From sequence record SRR31156797_2530: 64,000 bases of DNA. The stretch is one strand, 5' to 3'. Within the stretch, counting starts at the first letter, position 1. Every line of letters starts with the position of its first letter. Below, in pieces: positions 9,990-20,336 of the stretch. The notes beneath the pieces were generated by a model. The model was given only the letters and a program-made list of their open reading frames with translations, was not told the origin of the DNA and did no database searches. The position numbers and the translations under genes are program-made.

Positions 9990-10048
9990 AGATGAAACGC
10001 CATTCAAAAGTTAGACTTAATATCTTACTTTTGAATGGCGTTTCATCT
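9990..10048. terminator. 22-bp perfect inverted repeat between convergent genes
   Basis: AGATGAAACGCCATTCAAAAGT ... ACTTTTGAATGGCGTTTCATCT. Confidence 0.75.
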
Positions 10049-10064
10049 AGTATGCAGTTTTTTA

Positions 10065-10577
10065 TTAGAATTCATTAGGCGTGTTGGCCAATTCTAGCAC
10101 CATATTATACCAAGCAACACCTGCATGTTGTGATTCTGACAGTCCTTCTAGTTGATAGCCATGCTTTTTGTAATATGGAACCAATGATTCTAAACAAGTT
10201 AAGGTGATTCCTTTTCTGTTTTGAAGACGACATTTTTCTTCAAGGGCTGACAGTAGTTTGTTACCAATTTGGCAGTTTCTATAATCAGGAGCGACAGCTA
10301 AGCTAAGAATACTTTGGTAGCCACCAAAAGGCTGATTAGGACGAGTACTTTCAAAAAGATCGTCAGAGAGATAACGTTTAGAAATAATGGGTCCTACAAC
10401 GTAGCCGATCGGATAATCCTTTCCATTTACTGCAACAATAAAACTGTCACTTATTGTAAGTATACGATCCATCATCGCAGATTTGGATGCTGCTTCATCC
10501 GCTGTAAATCCTGCATTTTCAATCTGCATGATTTGATCAATATCATCTATTTTAGGTGGTCTGAAGAAAACGTTCAT
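10065..10577 (-). CDS. GNAT family N-acetyltransferase
   Basis: ILSLAVAPDYRNCQIG, LTC..LVPYYKKHGY, S.HAGVAW. Confidence 0.9.
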   Translation of the reverse strand: MNVFFRPPKIDDIDQIMQIENAGFTADEAASKSAMMDRILTISDSFIVAVNGKDYPIGYVVGPIISKRYLSDDLFESTRPNQPFGGYQSILSLAVAPDYRNCQIGNKLLSALEEKCRLQNRKGITLTCLESLVPYYKKHGYQLEGLSESQHAGVAWYNMVLELANTPNEF

Positions 10578-10866
10578 TCAATCACTCCCATCTTTATTCA
10601 AAAATAGTTTATCACATAATGATATATAACGTTTATATTTGATGACGATTAAAATTTATAGACTTAAAATTTCTAGTACAGAATTGTTGTCATACTTTTA
10701 TTCAAATGAAACAAAAATAAGAATTATTAGTTGTTGACTGAATGGGTCTTATAAGAAAAAGTCAAATTAATGATAATAAATCGAAATTCTTCATTTTATT
10801 CTAACATAATGACAATTTTCTTAGGTATTCATCACAAATCTATCACATTTCCAAGCTAAAGTTTGT

Positions 10867-10881
10867 TATTATCTGAAAATT
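10867..10881. promoter_or_regulatory. CodY box upstream of the peptide ABC operon
   Basis: TATTATCTGAAAATT, 2 mismatches to AATTTTCWGAAAATT. Confidence 0.6.
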
Positions 10882-11066
10882 TTCATCATTCAGATAAAAG
10901 CTTCTTCATTATGAGCAAATTTTTATAGTTAGTTGATAGAAAACAGGACGAGCGTATGTGTTTTCGATCCAAGTTACACGCCAATGCGTCTAATTTCTAT
11001 ATTTGCTGGTATTAAGAAGGGCGCAAAAAAAATCCTTAAGTTACAGGGGACGAAATGGAGGATAAC

Positions 11067-12653
11067 ATGAAAATAAGGAAAACAAGCTGGGCTCTCGTAT
11101 TGTTAACAAGTCTGATGGTATTAGGTGCTTGTGGTAGTGGAGGCCAAGACCCAACAGATAGTTCGGGAGGAAATGTGTCAGGGGGAGCTAGTTCTGATCC
11201 TAATGTATTAGTGGTCGCATCAGGTGCGGATCCAGTGACATTAGATATCCATCAAACGAACGACCAAGCAACTACCAGGGTAGCAAGACAGATTTACGAA
11301 ACACTGATCAAACAGACCAACGATCTTGAGTTAGTGCCAGGGTTAGCAACAGAGTGGGAAGAAATTGAAGAGAACCTTTATGAGTTCAAGTTGCGAGAAG
11401 ATGTTGTCTTTCATAATGGGGAAGCGATGACAGCTTCTGATGTTGCCTACACCCTTCGACGGGCGGTTGACTCACCTTCGATCAGTCATATCATTGGTTC
11501 GATCGATCCTGATGCGATCGAAGTGATCGATGATCATACGATCCTTATCGGGACAAATGGTGCCTTCGGGCCTTTCTTGACTCATTTAGCACATCCTGCG
11601 GTTGGAATTTTGAGTGAGAAAGCTGTGGAAGAAGCTGGTGAAGATTATGGTATCAGCAGCGTTGTAGGAACGGGTCCCTTTGAATTTGTTGAATGGGCAA
11701 CCGGTAGTCACGTGACATTGGATCGATTTGACGATCACTGGGATGAGCCAGCGGGAATGGAAAGAATCGAGTTCCGGACAATTACAGATTCAAGTGTTCG
11801 TTTGATTGAACTAGAGTCAGGAACCGTCGATATTGTTTATGATATCGCTCCTTCTGATAATGAAAAGGTTGAAGAAAACGATGAGTTGACCTTATTAGCG
11901 ACAGAAAATTTAGGAACGGAATACTTAGGTTTCAACGTTCGAAATGATACACCATTGCAAGAAGTAGGGGTACGTCGCGCGATTGCCCATGCTATCGATG
12001 TCGAATCGATTATCCGAACGGTTCATATGGGGATCGGGACTCAAATGAGTGGACCGATCAACGAATTGGTTTTTGGATTTAATGAAAACTTGGAAGCTAC
12101 TCCTTATGACGTTGAATTAGCAAAAGAACTATTAGCAGAAGCTGGTTATCCAGATGGCGGGTTTTCCCTTTCGTTGTACGTCGGTGATAACAATCAAGAA
12201 CGAATCCGTGTCTCGCAGGTTGTTTCCGCTGCTTTAGAAGAATTAGGTATCACTGTTGAGGTCAACCAAATGGAGTGGGGAGCATTTTTAGATGCTGCAG
12301 CAGCTGGTGAACCAGATATGTTCTTACTAGGTTGGACAACGATCACAACAGATGCTGACTATGGATTGTATCCACTGTTCCATTCAAGTAGCTTTGGCGA
12401 AGCTGGAAATCGTACGTTCTATCATAATCAACGGGTAGATGAATTACTTGATGCAGCTCGTAGCACTTCTGACCAAGAGGAACGCTTGGCCTATTATCAT
12501 GAGGCGCAAGAGATTATCAATGATGAGATGCCATGGGTTTACTTACAAACCAGAGAAAATGTTTCAGGTATCCGCAACTGGGTGCAAGGGTTCGAACATC
12601 ATCCAACTGGAAGTTACTTCTTAGATACGGTGTCAAAAACTAAATTGGATTGA
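11067..12653 (+). CDS. Peptide/glutathione ABC transporter substrate-binding lipoprotein (family 5)
   Basis: LGAC lipobox, PGLATEW, FKLREDVVFHNG, GTGPF, VRRAIAHAID. Confidence 0.93.
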   Translation: MKIRKTSWALVLLTSLMVLGACGSGGQDPTDSSGGNVSGGASSDPNVLVVASGADPVTLDIHQTNDQATTRVARQIYETLIKQTNDLELVPGLATEWEEIEENLYEFKLREDVVFHNGEAMTASDVAYTLRRAVDSPSISHIIGSIDPDAIEVIDDHTILIGTNGAFGPFLTHLAHPAVGILSEKAVEEAGEDYGISSVVGTGPFEFVEWATGSHVTLDRFDDHWDEPAGMERIEFRTITDSSVRLIELESGTVDIVYDIAPSDNEKVEENDELTLLATENLGTEYLGFNVRNDTPLQEVGVRRAIAHAIDVESIIRTVHMGIGTQMSGPINELVFGFNENLEATPYDVELAKELLAEAGYPDGGFSLSLYVGDNNQERIRVSQVVSAALEELGITVEVNQMEWGAFLDAAAAGEPDMFLLGWTTITTDADYGLYPLFHSSSFGEAGNRTFYHNQRVDELLDAARSTSDQEERLAYYHEAQEIINDEMPWVYLQTRENVSGIRNWVQGFEHHPTGSYFLDTVSKTKLD

Positions 12654-12704
12654 GAGTATAAAATAAAGAGCCGCAATGGCTCTTTATTTTGAGGAGATGA
12701 ATAG

Positions 12705-13634
12705 ATGTTCCAATATATTGTAAAACGAATTCTGTGGTTGTTTCCTATCCTGCTAGGCGTCTCTTTTATTGTATTTACGATTATGTATCTATCACCTGGA
12801 GACCCCGTAACGATGGTGTTGGGGGAAGGATCGACTCCTGAACAACATGATGCCATGCGTGTGCAAATGGGGCTTGACCGTAGTTTTATCGAACAATTTT
12901 TTCATTATATAAAAAATGTTGTTGTCGAATTTGATCTTGGGAGATCGTATGTTTCTGGCCGGGTGGTCATGGATGAAATCCTAGTCCGTTTGCCCAACAC
13001 AATCAAATTATCAGTATGGAGTGTGTTATTTGCCTCGCTGATTGGGATTCCACTGGGAGTGATTTTTGCTTCGAGACCTTATTCCAAGGTTGATAATTTC
13101 GTGATGTTTCTTTCACTAGTTGGGGTTTCTATGCCAACCTTTTGGCAGGCTCTCCTTTTAATTATTCTTTTTACTTCTACCCTGGGCTGGTTGCCAGCAT
13201 CTGGTTTTGATACTTGGCAGCAAATGATCATGCCAGTATTTGCATTGGCTTCCTCATCAATTGGCACGATCGCCCGGATCACAAGGTCGAGTATGATGGA
13301 CGTTTTAGACCAAGATTATATTCGTACGGCAAAAGCCAAAGGAGTAAATGGTTCAAAGGTGACGTTCCATCATGCTTTAAGAAATGCCTTGATTCCCGTA
13401 GTGACAGTCATTGGTTTGCAGTTTGGGGCTTTATTAGGTGGGGCTGTATTGACCGAGACTGTTTTTAGTATCAATGGGATCGGGACATTGATGGTGAATG
13501 CGATCCGTACAAGAGACACAATGATCGTCCAAGGCGGCGTTTTATTTATTGCATTTATTTTTACGATGGTTAATCTATGTGTCGATATTCTCTATGCATA
13601 TATCGATCCGCGAATTAAAACCTCATATGATTAA
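12705..13634 (+). CDS. Peptide ABC transporter permease (OppB/DppB type)
   Basis: PGDP, DLGRSY, DYIRTAKAKG, HALRNAL, DPRI. Confidence 0.95.
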   Translation: MFQYIVKRILWLFPILLGVSFIVFTIMYLSPGDPVTMVLGEGSTPEQHDAMRVQMGLDRSFIEQFFHYIKNVVVEFDLGRSYVSGRVVMDEILVRLPNTIKLSVWSVLFASLIGIPLGVIFASRPYSKVDNFVMFLSLVGVSMPTFWQALLLIILFTSTLGWLPASGFDTWQQMIMPVFALASSSIGTIARITRSSMMDVLDQDYIRTAKAKGVNGSKVTFHHALRNALIPVVTVIGLQFGALLGGAVLTETVFSINGIGTLMVNAIRTRDTMIVQGGVLFIAFIFTMVNLCVDILYAYIDPRIKTSYD

Positions 13635-13645
13635 GGGAGGAACTC

Positions 13646-14542
13646 ATGTTTTCTAGAAAAAAGGCCATAGCGAAAACGCAAGCACTTGCAGGCGTACCAG
13701 AAGGATCGAAACAAGAGATTTGGCTTTCCTTAAAAGCAAATCGCCGAGCAATGTTTGGGTTACTATTTATCACGTTACTGACGATTACTGCGATTTTTGC
13801 AGACTTTATAGCTCCCTATGGCATGAGGGAGCAAAATCTAGCCAATGCATTGCAATTTCCAAGTCGTTCTCATTGGTTTGGGACAGATGACTTGGGACGT
13901 GACGTATTGTCTCGTTTGATTTACGGCACGAGAATATCGCTGACTGTAGGCGTTTGTGCGGTGTTACTGGCACTCTTTTTTGGTGGCATCTTAGGTGTCT
14001 TATCCGGTTATTTCAGAGGGTGGATCGATACGCTGATTATGCGTTTTTGTGACATCTTACTATCCATCCCTTCTATTTTGTTGGCAATCGCCATCGTGGC
14101 TTCTTTGGGATCCAGCCTGTCGAACATGATCTTGGCGATCGGGTTGGCGAATATCCCCATTTTTGCTCGTATTATTCGGGCAAGTGTGATGGCGGTCAAA
14201 GAGAAGCAATTTATTGAAGCTGGAAAAGCGCTGGGCGCAAATAATGGATTGCTGATTTTCAAACACATCTTGCCAAATATCCTTTCACCAGTCATCGTGC
14301 ATTCATCAATGGGCGTTGCCACAGCAATTTTATCTGCTGTTGGCTTAGGATTTATTGGCTTAGGTATGGAGGCTTCCGTTGCGGAATGGGGAACGATGTT
14401 AAATTTTGGACGAGGCTATATCCGAACACATCCCTACCTGACGATTTATCCAGGGATCGCGATCATGTTGACCATTTTATCCTTCAATTTGATCGGTGAC
14501 GGAATCCGAGATGCCATCGATCCGAAGATGAGAGAGAGGTAA
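13646..14542 (+). CDS. Peptide ABC transporter permease (OppC/DppC type)
   Basis: HWFGTDDLGRD, FIEAGKALG, HILPN, GDGIRDAIDP. Confidence 0.95.
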   Translation: MFSRKKAIAKTQALAGVPEGSKQEIWLSLKANRRAMFGLLFITLLTITAIFADFIAPYGMREQNLANALQFPSRSHWFGTDDLGRDVLSRLIYGTRISLTVGVCAVLLALFFGGILGVLSGYFRGWIDTLIMRFCDILLSIPSILLAIAIVASLGSSLSNMILAIGLANIPIFARIIRASVMAVKEKQFIEAGKALGANNGLLIFKHILPNILSPVIVHSSMGVATAILSAVGLGFIGLGMEASVAEWGTMLNFGRGYIRTHPYLTIYPGIAIMLTILSFNLIGDGIRDAIDPKMRER

Positions 14543-14548
14543 GCAGTT

Positions 14549-15979
14549 ATGGACACGATCATGCGCGTCAAGAATCTACAAAAGTATTTTCCTGTGAAGA
14601 AGAAAAACTTTTTCGGTGTGGGAAAAGACTATGTGAAAGCAAATAAAGATCTTACGATCGATATATATGAAGGAGAAACATTAGGCATCGTCGGTGAAAG
14701 TGGCTGTGGAAAATCGACCTTTGGACGCACGATTATTCAGCTCCAACGACAAACCGGAGGCTCGACCCTTTACTATGGAGAGACGATCGAAGATTTCATG
14801 CCTCGTTACGTAAAAAAAGTCTATCAAGAACTGCCACAAAAGATGAAACAGTTTACTGATTCAGTCAATGAGCTTCAGTCGATCGAATCAAAACTTGCGG
14901 ACGATTCAACTGCTGATATAGAAGCAACAACGGAACGGTTACGTCTAAAGAAAATCGCTTTTGAGAATGAATATGGCAATACCCTACGATTAGTCGGAGG
15001 CTTGATTTTGCATGATGATCTACAAAAGGTTAGTAAGCTTCTTTCGTCTCGTTACGAAGCTGCAGCAAAACTTGCCGCTAGCAAGCGAGCATTAACGTTT
15101 AATCAGCAAAAACAAGCGATGAATGGGGCAGTAGATCAAACAGGGCTCATGAACTTGGAAAAAACGATCGCTGAACAACAAAATGACTTAGCAGCTATTG
15201 ATAAGCAAGTCGCACAACTAAAAAAAGATGTCATGAACAAAAAAGATTTTTCATACTATGAAGAGCAGCTTGATTCTGGCATCGATCTAGCTGCTTTGAC
15301 TCAAATGGAATCAAGAGTTTTACGAAAAGACCTGCAAATTATCTTTCAGGACCCTTACTCCTCACTAGATCCACGATTAACAGTGGGTGATATTATTGGA
15401 GAAGGTTTGTTGATACACAAATTTTTTGCTAGTAAAAAGGACCCAAACTATGAAACCTATATTCTTGATATCATGGAAAAATGTGGGTTAAAGAAAGAAT
15501 TTATTCATCGCTATCCGCATCAATTTTCTGGTGGACAACGACAACGAATCGGGATTGCTCGTGCCTTAGCTTTAAAGCCCAAATTCATTGTTTGCGATGA
15601 AGCTGTTTCAGCGTTAGATGTTTCAATTCAGTCACAGATCATCAATTTGCTTCATGATTTGCGGGAAGAACTCAATTTGACATACTTGTTTATCACCCAT
15701 GATCTTGGAGTTGTAAAATTTATTTCTGATCGAATCGGTGTGATGTATTTTGGGCATCTTGTAGAATTAGCTTCAGCTGAGACGATTTTTTCTAACCCGA
15801 TCCATCCGTACACACGGCAATTATTAAATGCCATTCCAACACTAGACGAAGAGTATCGACCATGGGCTCTTGATGAAACCCATCCTGATTTGGCATTCAA
15901 CTATTCAAAAGAAACTGATGCTGATCCAGATTGGGTAGAAGTCGAGCCGAATCATTTTGTGAAGTGTACGCGAAAATAG
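14549..15979 (+). CDS. Peptide ABC ATPase (OppF type) with long helical insertion
   Basis: GESGCGKS, IFQDPYSSL, FSGGQRQR, CDEAVSALD; long insert before the Q-loop. Confidence 0.93.
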   Translation: MDTIMRVKNLQKYFPVKKKNFFGVGKDYVKANKDLTIDIYEGETLGIVGESGCGKSTFGRTIIQLQRQTGGSTLYYGETIEDFMPRYVKKVYQELPQKMKQFTDSVNELQSIESKLADDSTADIEATTERLRLKKIAFENEYGNTLRLVGGLILHDDLQKVSKLLSSRYEAAAKLAASKRALTFNQQKQAMNGAVDQTGLMNLEKTIAEQQNDLAAIDKQVAQLKKDVMNKKDFSYYEEQLDSGIDLAALTQMESRVLRKDLQIIFQDPYSSLDPRLTVGDIIGEGLLIHKFFASKKDPNYETYILDIMEKCGLKKEFIHRYPHQFSGGQRQRIGIARALALKPKFIVCDEAVSALDVSIQSQIINLLHDLREELNLTYLFITHDLGVVKFISDRIGVMYFGHLVELASAETIFSNPIHPYTRQLLNAIPTLDEEYRPWALDETHPDLAFNYSKETDADPDWVEVEPNHFVKCTRK

Positions 15980-16082
15980 TTTTTTTAGAACATAGGAATT
16001 GAAACATGGTTGATGAGTCAATCACTCGAACCATAAGCATGATACGATTGGTTTAATGGGAAAAAATCAAAAGGAGGTCCAG

Positions 16083-17024
16083 ATGGATTTACTAGAAGTT
16101 GATAATCTGCATACGTATTTTGATACGAAACGGGGCACTGTCAAAGCTGTCAAAGGCGTTACTTTTTCATTAAAAAGAGGGAAGACATTAGGAATTGTTG
16201 GAGAAAGTGGGAGTGGCAAAAGTCAAACAGCCATGTCGATCCTTCAACTTTTTCAGCGAAATCAATATATAGCGGAAGGGCAGATCCGTTTTGATGGAAA
16301 AAATATCCTCGAATTAAGCAAAAAAGAGCTTTTGAAAATTCGCGGAAATGATATTTCAATGATCTTTCAAGAGCCTATGACAAGTTTGAATCCGGTATTT
16401 ACAATCAAAGCACAACTGACAGAAGCCTTGAAACTTCATCAGCACGTCGACAATAAGACGGCGACTTTACGGGCATATGAGCTGTTAGAAGCTGTCAAGA
16501 TCACAGATCCTAAACGAGTAGCCAAGCAATTTCCTCATCAGTTATCTGGAGGAATGAGTCAGCGGGTAATGATCGCAATGGCATTAGCTTGCAATCCGAA
16601 GCTATTGATTGCCGATGAACCGACTACCGCACTCGATGTGATCATCCAAGCAGAAATCCTTAAGTTAATGAATGAGTTAAAAGACAAGCTGGATACAAGT
16701 ATTTTGTTTATTACCCATGATTTGGGTGTCATTAGTAAAATGGCCGATGATGTGATCGTGATGCAGGGGGGAAAAATCGTCGAGAGTGCCCCAATCAATG
16801 AGATATTCAAAAATGCTTACCATCCGTACACAAGGCGCTTACTTGCTGCGTTTTTAAGAACCGACATTCGAAACAAGAAAACAGCGCCTGATGACTTTTA
16901 CAGTAAGGAAAACAATGTCTTTGATTTCACCACATTTAAAACAGAAGAAACAGCGGACCCGGATTGGGTTCAGGTAGGAACAAATCATTTTGTCGCTGCT
17001 AGTTTGAGAAAAATCGATAACTAA
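16083..17024 (+). CDS. Peptide ABC ATPase (OppD type)
   Basis: GESGSGKS, IFQEPMTSLNP, LSGGMSQR, ADEPTTALD. Confidence 0.95.
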   Translation: MDLLEVDNLHTYFDTKRGTVKAVKGVTFSLKRGKTLGIVGESGSGKSQTAMSILQLFQRNQYIAEGQIRFDGKNILELSKKELLKIRGNDISMIFQEPMTSLNPVFTIKAQLTEALKLHQHVDNKTATLRAYELLEAVKITDPKRVAKQFPHQLSGGMSQRVMIAMALACNPKLLIADEPTTALDVIIQAEILKLMNELKDKLDTSILFITHDLGVISKMADDVIVMQGGKIVESAPINEIFKNAYHPYTRRLLAAFLRTDIRNKKTAPDDFYSKENNVFDFTTFKTEETADPDWVQVGTNHFVAASLRKIDN

Positions 17025-17144
17025 ACGAAAAAGTCGTAAAACAAAGCTTTGTTTACGGCTTTTTTCAGTATGCTGGGAAGGAAGACTTTTGTGAGGAAGT
17101 TGTGAGAAAGATGTAAAAAATAGGGGAAGGTTTGCTCAAGAGCC

Positions 17145-17175
17145 TTGCCTTAAAGTCCACTTCAAGAATTATACT
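17145..17175 (+). promoter_or_regulatory. MerR-type promoter with AdhR/NmlR-like operator
   Basis: TTGCCT-19 bp-TATACT with dyad CTTAAAG-TCCA-CTTCAAG (17149-17166) over the long spacer. Confidence 0.75.
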
Positions 17176-17215
17176 GGAACTACCATTTTTGATGGGAAAA
17201 GAAAGGAGCAATTCA

Positions 17216-17920
17216 ATGAACAAATGGACAAAAGGACTTTTTCTGACAATGCTTTTTCTAGCAGGATGCAGCAGTGATTCAATGAATGACGAGCCAGACA
17301 TTAGTACAACGGAAACAAGTACTAGTGACACCGTTACGCAACAAATGAGAGAAGCAGGGATTGATGGAGAGGCCGATATTTTGATCGCCTACTTCACAAG
17401 ACCAGAAAATTTAGAGCATGAACCAGCAGTCGAAGCAGTTTCTGGAAGTAGTTTTAATGTGATCGATAACACTTTAGTAGGAGATGTCCAAGTCATAGCA
17501 GAGATGATCGCTGAACAGACCGGAGGTGCGTTGTTCTCGATTCAAACAGAAGTAGGTTACCCTAACGTTTACGATGAACATACAGCTTTTGCCACTAGAG
17601 AGGTGGAAGAAGATGCCCGACCAACGTTGATGACTGACGTTGACCAAATGACTGAAGTGGATGTTCTCTTTATCGGCTTTCCCGTTTGGTGGAACCGTGC
17701 CCCAAGAGCCGTTTTAACATTTCTTCAAACCTATGATCTTACGGATAAACAAATCATTCCTTTTGCAACCCATGGGGGAAGTGGACTGACCAATAGTCAA
17801 AACGAACTTCAAACGTTGTATCCAGCGTATGACTTTCTGGAAGGCTTTGCAGCAAGAGCGGGAAGTGTTGAAAATGCTGAACCTGAAGTATTAGAGTGGC
17901 TAAATCAGATGGGATTATAA
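17216..17920 (+). CDS. Flavodoxin-fold lipoprotein
   Basis: RBS AAGGAG, signal peptide with LAGC lipobox; ILIAYF, FIGFPVWW, IIPFATHGGSG. Confidence 0.85.
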   Translation: MNKWTKGLFLTMLFLAGCSSDSMNDEPDISTTETSTSDTVTQQMREAGIDGEADILIAYFTRPENLEHEPAVEAVSGSSFNVIDNTLVGDVQVIAEMIAEQTGGALFSIQTEVGYPNVYDEHTAFATREVEEDARPTLMTDVDQMTEVDVLFIGFPVWWNRAPRAVLTFLQTYDLTDKQIIPFATHGGSGLTNSQNELQTLYPAYDFLEGFAARAGSVENAEPEVLEWLNQMGL

Positions 17921-18208
17921 AAAGAGCAGCAATAAAGAATAAAAGAATTTCTTTAATTATAGAGGGGGCCTTGTTTAAAGGCTTCTTCTTTATTTTATTT
18001 TTCTATGAGCCTGTTAGACGTCTATTTGAGATATATGATATGATTAATCTAATGATTTAGCGTAAAAGCAAAGAACCTTATTTTCAGCTATAATACTCGT
18101 CGATTCAATAAAAATTTTTAATCAATTGCTGTCTTAATTTAGGTAAATTAAATATTATTCCATTTAGCTAAAATTGCGTACATAAAGATTGTTTTAGGGG
18201 GACTAAAA

Positions 18209-18970
18209 GTGGCTGTATTAAAATATGAAAAAATCAAACAAGATATTCTTCGAGATATTGAAGCTGGTAAATTTAAACCGGGGGACCGTATCTATTCAGA
18301 GGGAGACTTAAAAGCAAAATATGGGGTAAGTAATACAACCGTCATCAAAGTGATGAATGATCTGGTTGCACAAGGTTATCTCATTCGGAGACAAGGCGAA
18401 GGAACATTTGTACGAAAAAACATTCTAAATAAACGTGTTTTCTTTAGCGAAAATACACGCCCTTTGACTATTGATAAAAAAGAACCAATATCTGAAAAGA
18501 CTGTCGTGGAAGCGGTAGATCTCATTCAACAAATAACGAATTCAGATATAGCAAAGATTTTACATGCTCCTTCGTTTGAAGAAACAAGGGTACCGTTTTT
18601 AAAACTAAGTCAAGTTGCATTTATTAATAATAAGCCGTGGAAACTTCAATTTAGATATGCACATATCACTGGACCGACTGATATTCCAATCGCTCAGCTG
18701 AAAAAAGGGTTGTCATTTACTAAAGTGCTAGAAGATTTAAACCAAATACCAGAATCAGAGAAAATGACAATCTCTGTATCTGACTTTGAATCGATCATAG
18801 ATAATTTATCAGAGAAAGATCAAAAAATAATGAAAAGCTATTTTAAGAATAATCGACCAGCAGCTTTGTTTGTGAGGAATCGAATTGTTTATGATCGTTT
18901 TGAAAATGCTATTGAATATGATCAGGCATTTATTCATCCTGATTACTATAGTATTGATATTATTAATTAG
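18209..18970 (+). CDS. GntR (HutC-type) transcriptional regulator
   Basis: KYEKIK..GDRIYSE..YGVS..LVAQGYLIRRQGEGTFV. Confidence 0.92.
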   Translation: MAVLKYEKIKQDILRDIEAGKFKPGDRIYSEGDLKAKYGVSNTTVIKVMNDLVAQGYLIRRQGEGTFVRKNILNKRVFFSENTRPLTIDKKEPISEKTVVEAVDLIQQITNSDIAKILHAPSFEETRVPFLKLSQVAFINNKPWKLQFRYAHITGPTDIPIAQLKKGLSFTKVLEDLNQIPESEKMTISVSDFESIIDNLSEKDQKIMKSYFKNNRPAALFVRNRIVYDRFENAIEYDQAFIHPDYYSIDIIN

Positions 18971-19040
18971 TTAACAACTATATTTCAAAGCATATAACTG
19001 ACGTTATGTGCTTTTTTTATTCCATTAAAGCAAAAAAACT

Positions 19041-19054
19041 TGAAAACGCTTGCA
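19041..19054. promoter_or_regulatory. cre site overlapping the GH88 operon promoter
   Basis: TGAAAACGCTTGCA overlapping -35 TTGCAT, with TATACT downstream. Confidence 0.6.
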
Positions 19055-19126
19055 TCAGAAGCGAGAATATTATATACTGCAACCAGATAACACGTTAACG
19101 CTATAAGTTGCGAATGGAGGAAAAAC

Positions 19127-20314
19127 ATGCTTTCTAAAAGAATTGAACCTTTAAAGGATAATTATCAAAAACTAGAAGTATTAGAATTAAGTACGAAAGA
19201 AATTGATCAAGCGATTAATCAGTGTTTACAGAAAATTGATCAAAATATGGCTATATTTGGAGAGAAATTTCCTGCACCTGCCACTAAAAACCAAAATTAC
19301 CAAGTTATTGATAACACAGAATGGACGACGGCTTTTTGGACAGGCATTTTATGGCTCGCATATGATATTACCAGGGAAAATAAGTATAAGGATTTAGCAG
19401 AAAAGCATATGGAAAGCTTTTCCAGAAGATTGTCTCAAAATATAGAAATCAATCATCATGATCTAGGTTTTCTTTATACTCTTTCGTGTGTCAGTTGTTA
19501 CAAAATCACAGGCAATTCCCAAGCTAGAGAACTTTCCATTAGCGCAGCTGACAAACTCGTTGAGCGATTTCAAAATAAAGGGAAATTTATACAAGCTTGG
19601 GGAGATTTGGATGACTCTAATGAATATCGTTTAATTGTTGACTGTCTCTTAAATCTACCATTATTGCATTGGTCATATGAGGAGACTGGTGACGATATCT
19701 ATAAAGCTGTGGCAGAGAAACATTATGAGACCACCATTAAATATGCGATTCGAGAAAATGCTTCAGCATTTCATACTTATTATTTCGATCCCACAACAGG
19801 TCAGCCCCTATATGGTAAAACGAAGCAAGGATTCTCTGACGACTCCAGTTGGGCACGCGGTCAAAGTTGGTTGATTTATGGAATAGCATTAAATCAGCAT
19901 TATTGTAGAAAGGAGGAAAATATAAAACTTTATGAAGCTGTAACAAATTACTTTTTAAATCGTTTGCCTAGTGATCTAATCTGTTTTTGGGATTTGATTT
20001 TTGAAGAGGGATCTGATCAACCTCGGGATACCTCTGCTAATGCAATAACCCTTTGTGGGATGAATGAAATGGAAAAATATCTAGCGGATAACCATCCTAT
20101 GAAAAAAATGTATCACAACATCCAACAAGGTATGCTAAGAAACTTAATGAACCGTTACACAGAAAAAAAGGGCACAGGAGTTGTAGCGCTCATCAATGAA
20201 GGGGTCTATTCCTGGCATTCCGGAAAGGGTGTGAATGAAGGGAATATTTGGGGGGATTACTTCTATATGGAAGCACTGGTAAGACATAAAAAAAACTGGC
20301 AATTATTTTGGTAA
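19127..20314 (+). CDS. ugl: Unsaturated glucuronyl hydrolase, GH88
   Basis: EWTTAFWTG, HHDLGFLY, IQAWG, LIVDCLLNLPLL, SWARGQSW, WGDYFYMEAL. Confidence 0.93.
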   Translation: MLSKRIEPLKDNYQKLEVLELSTKEIDQAINQCLQKIDQNMAIFGEKFPAPATKNQNYQVIDNTEWTTAFWTGILWLAYDITRENKYKDLAEKHMESFSRRLSQNIEINHHDLGFLYTLSCVSCYKITGNSQARELSISAADKLVERFQNKGKFIQAWGDLDDSNEYRLIVDCLLNLPLLHWSYEETGDDIYKAVAEKHYETTIKYAIRENASAFHTYYFDPTTGQPLYGKTKQGFSDDSSWARGQSWLIYGIALNQHYCRKEENIKLYEAVTNYFLNRLPSDLICFWDLIFEEGSDQPRDTSANAITLCGMNEMEKYLADNHPMKKMYHNIQQGMLRNLMNRYTEKKGTGVVALINEGVYSWHSGKGVNEGNIWGDYFYMEALVRHKKNWQLFW

Positions 20315-20336
20315 AAAGACTAAAGGAGGGAATCAA

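Noticed and set aside
17132-17215. Longer N-terminus for the flavodoxin in the ORF track
   Set aside because: Overlaps the promoter; RBS and signal peptide fit ATG 17216
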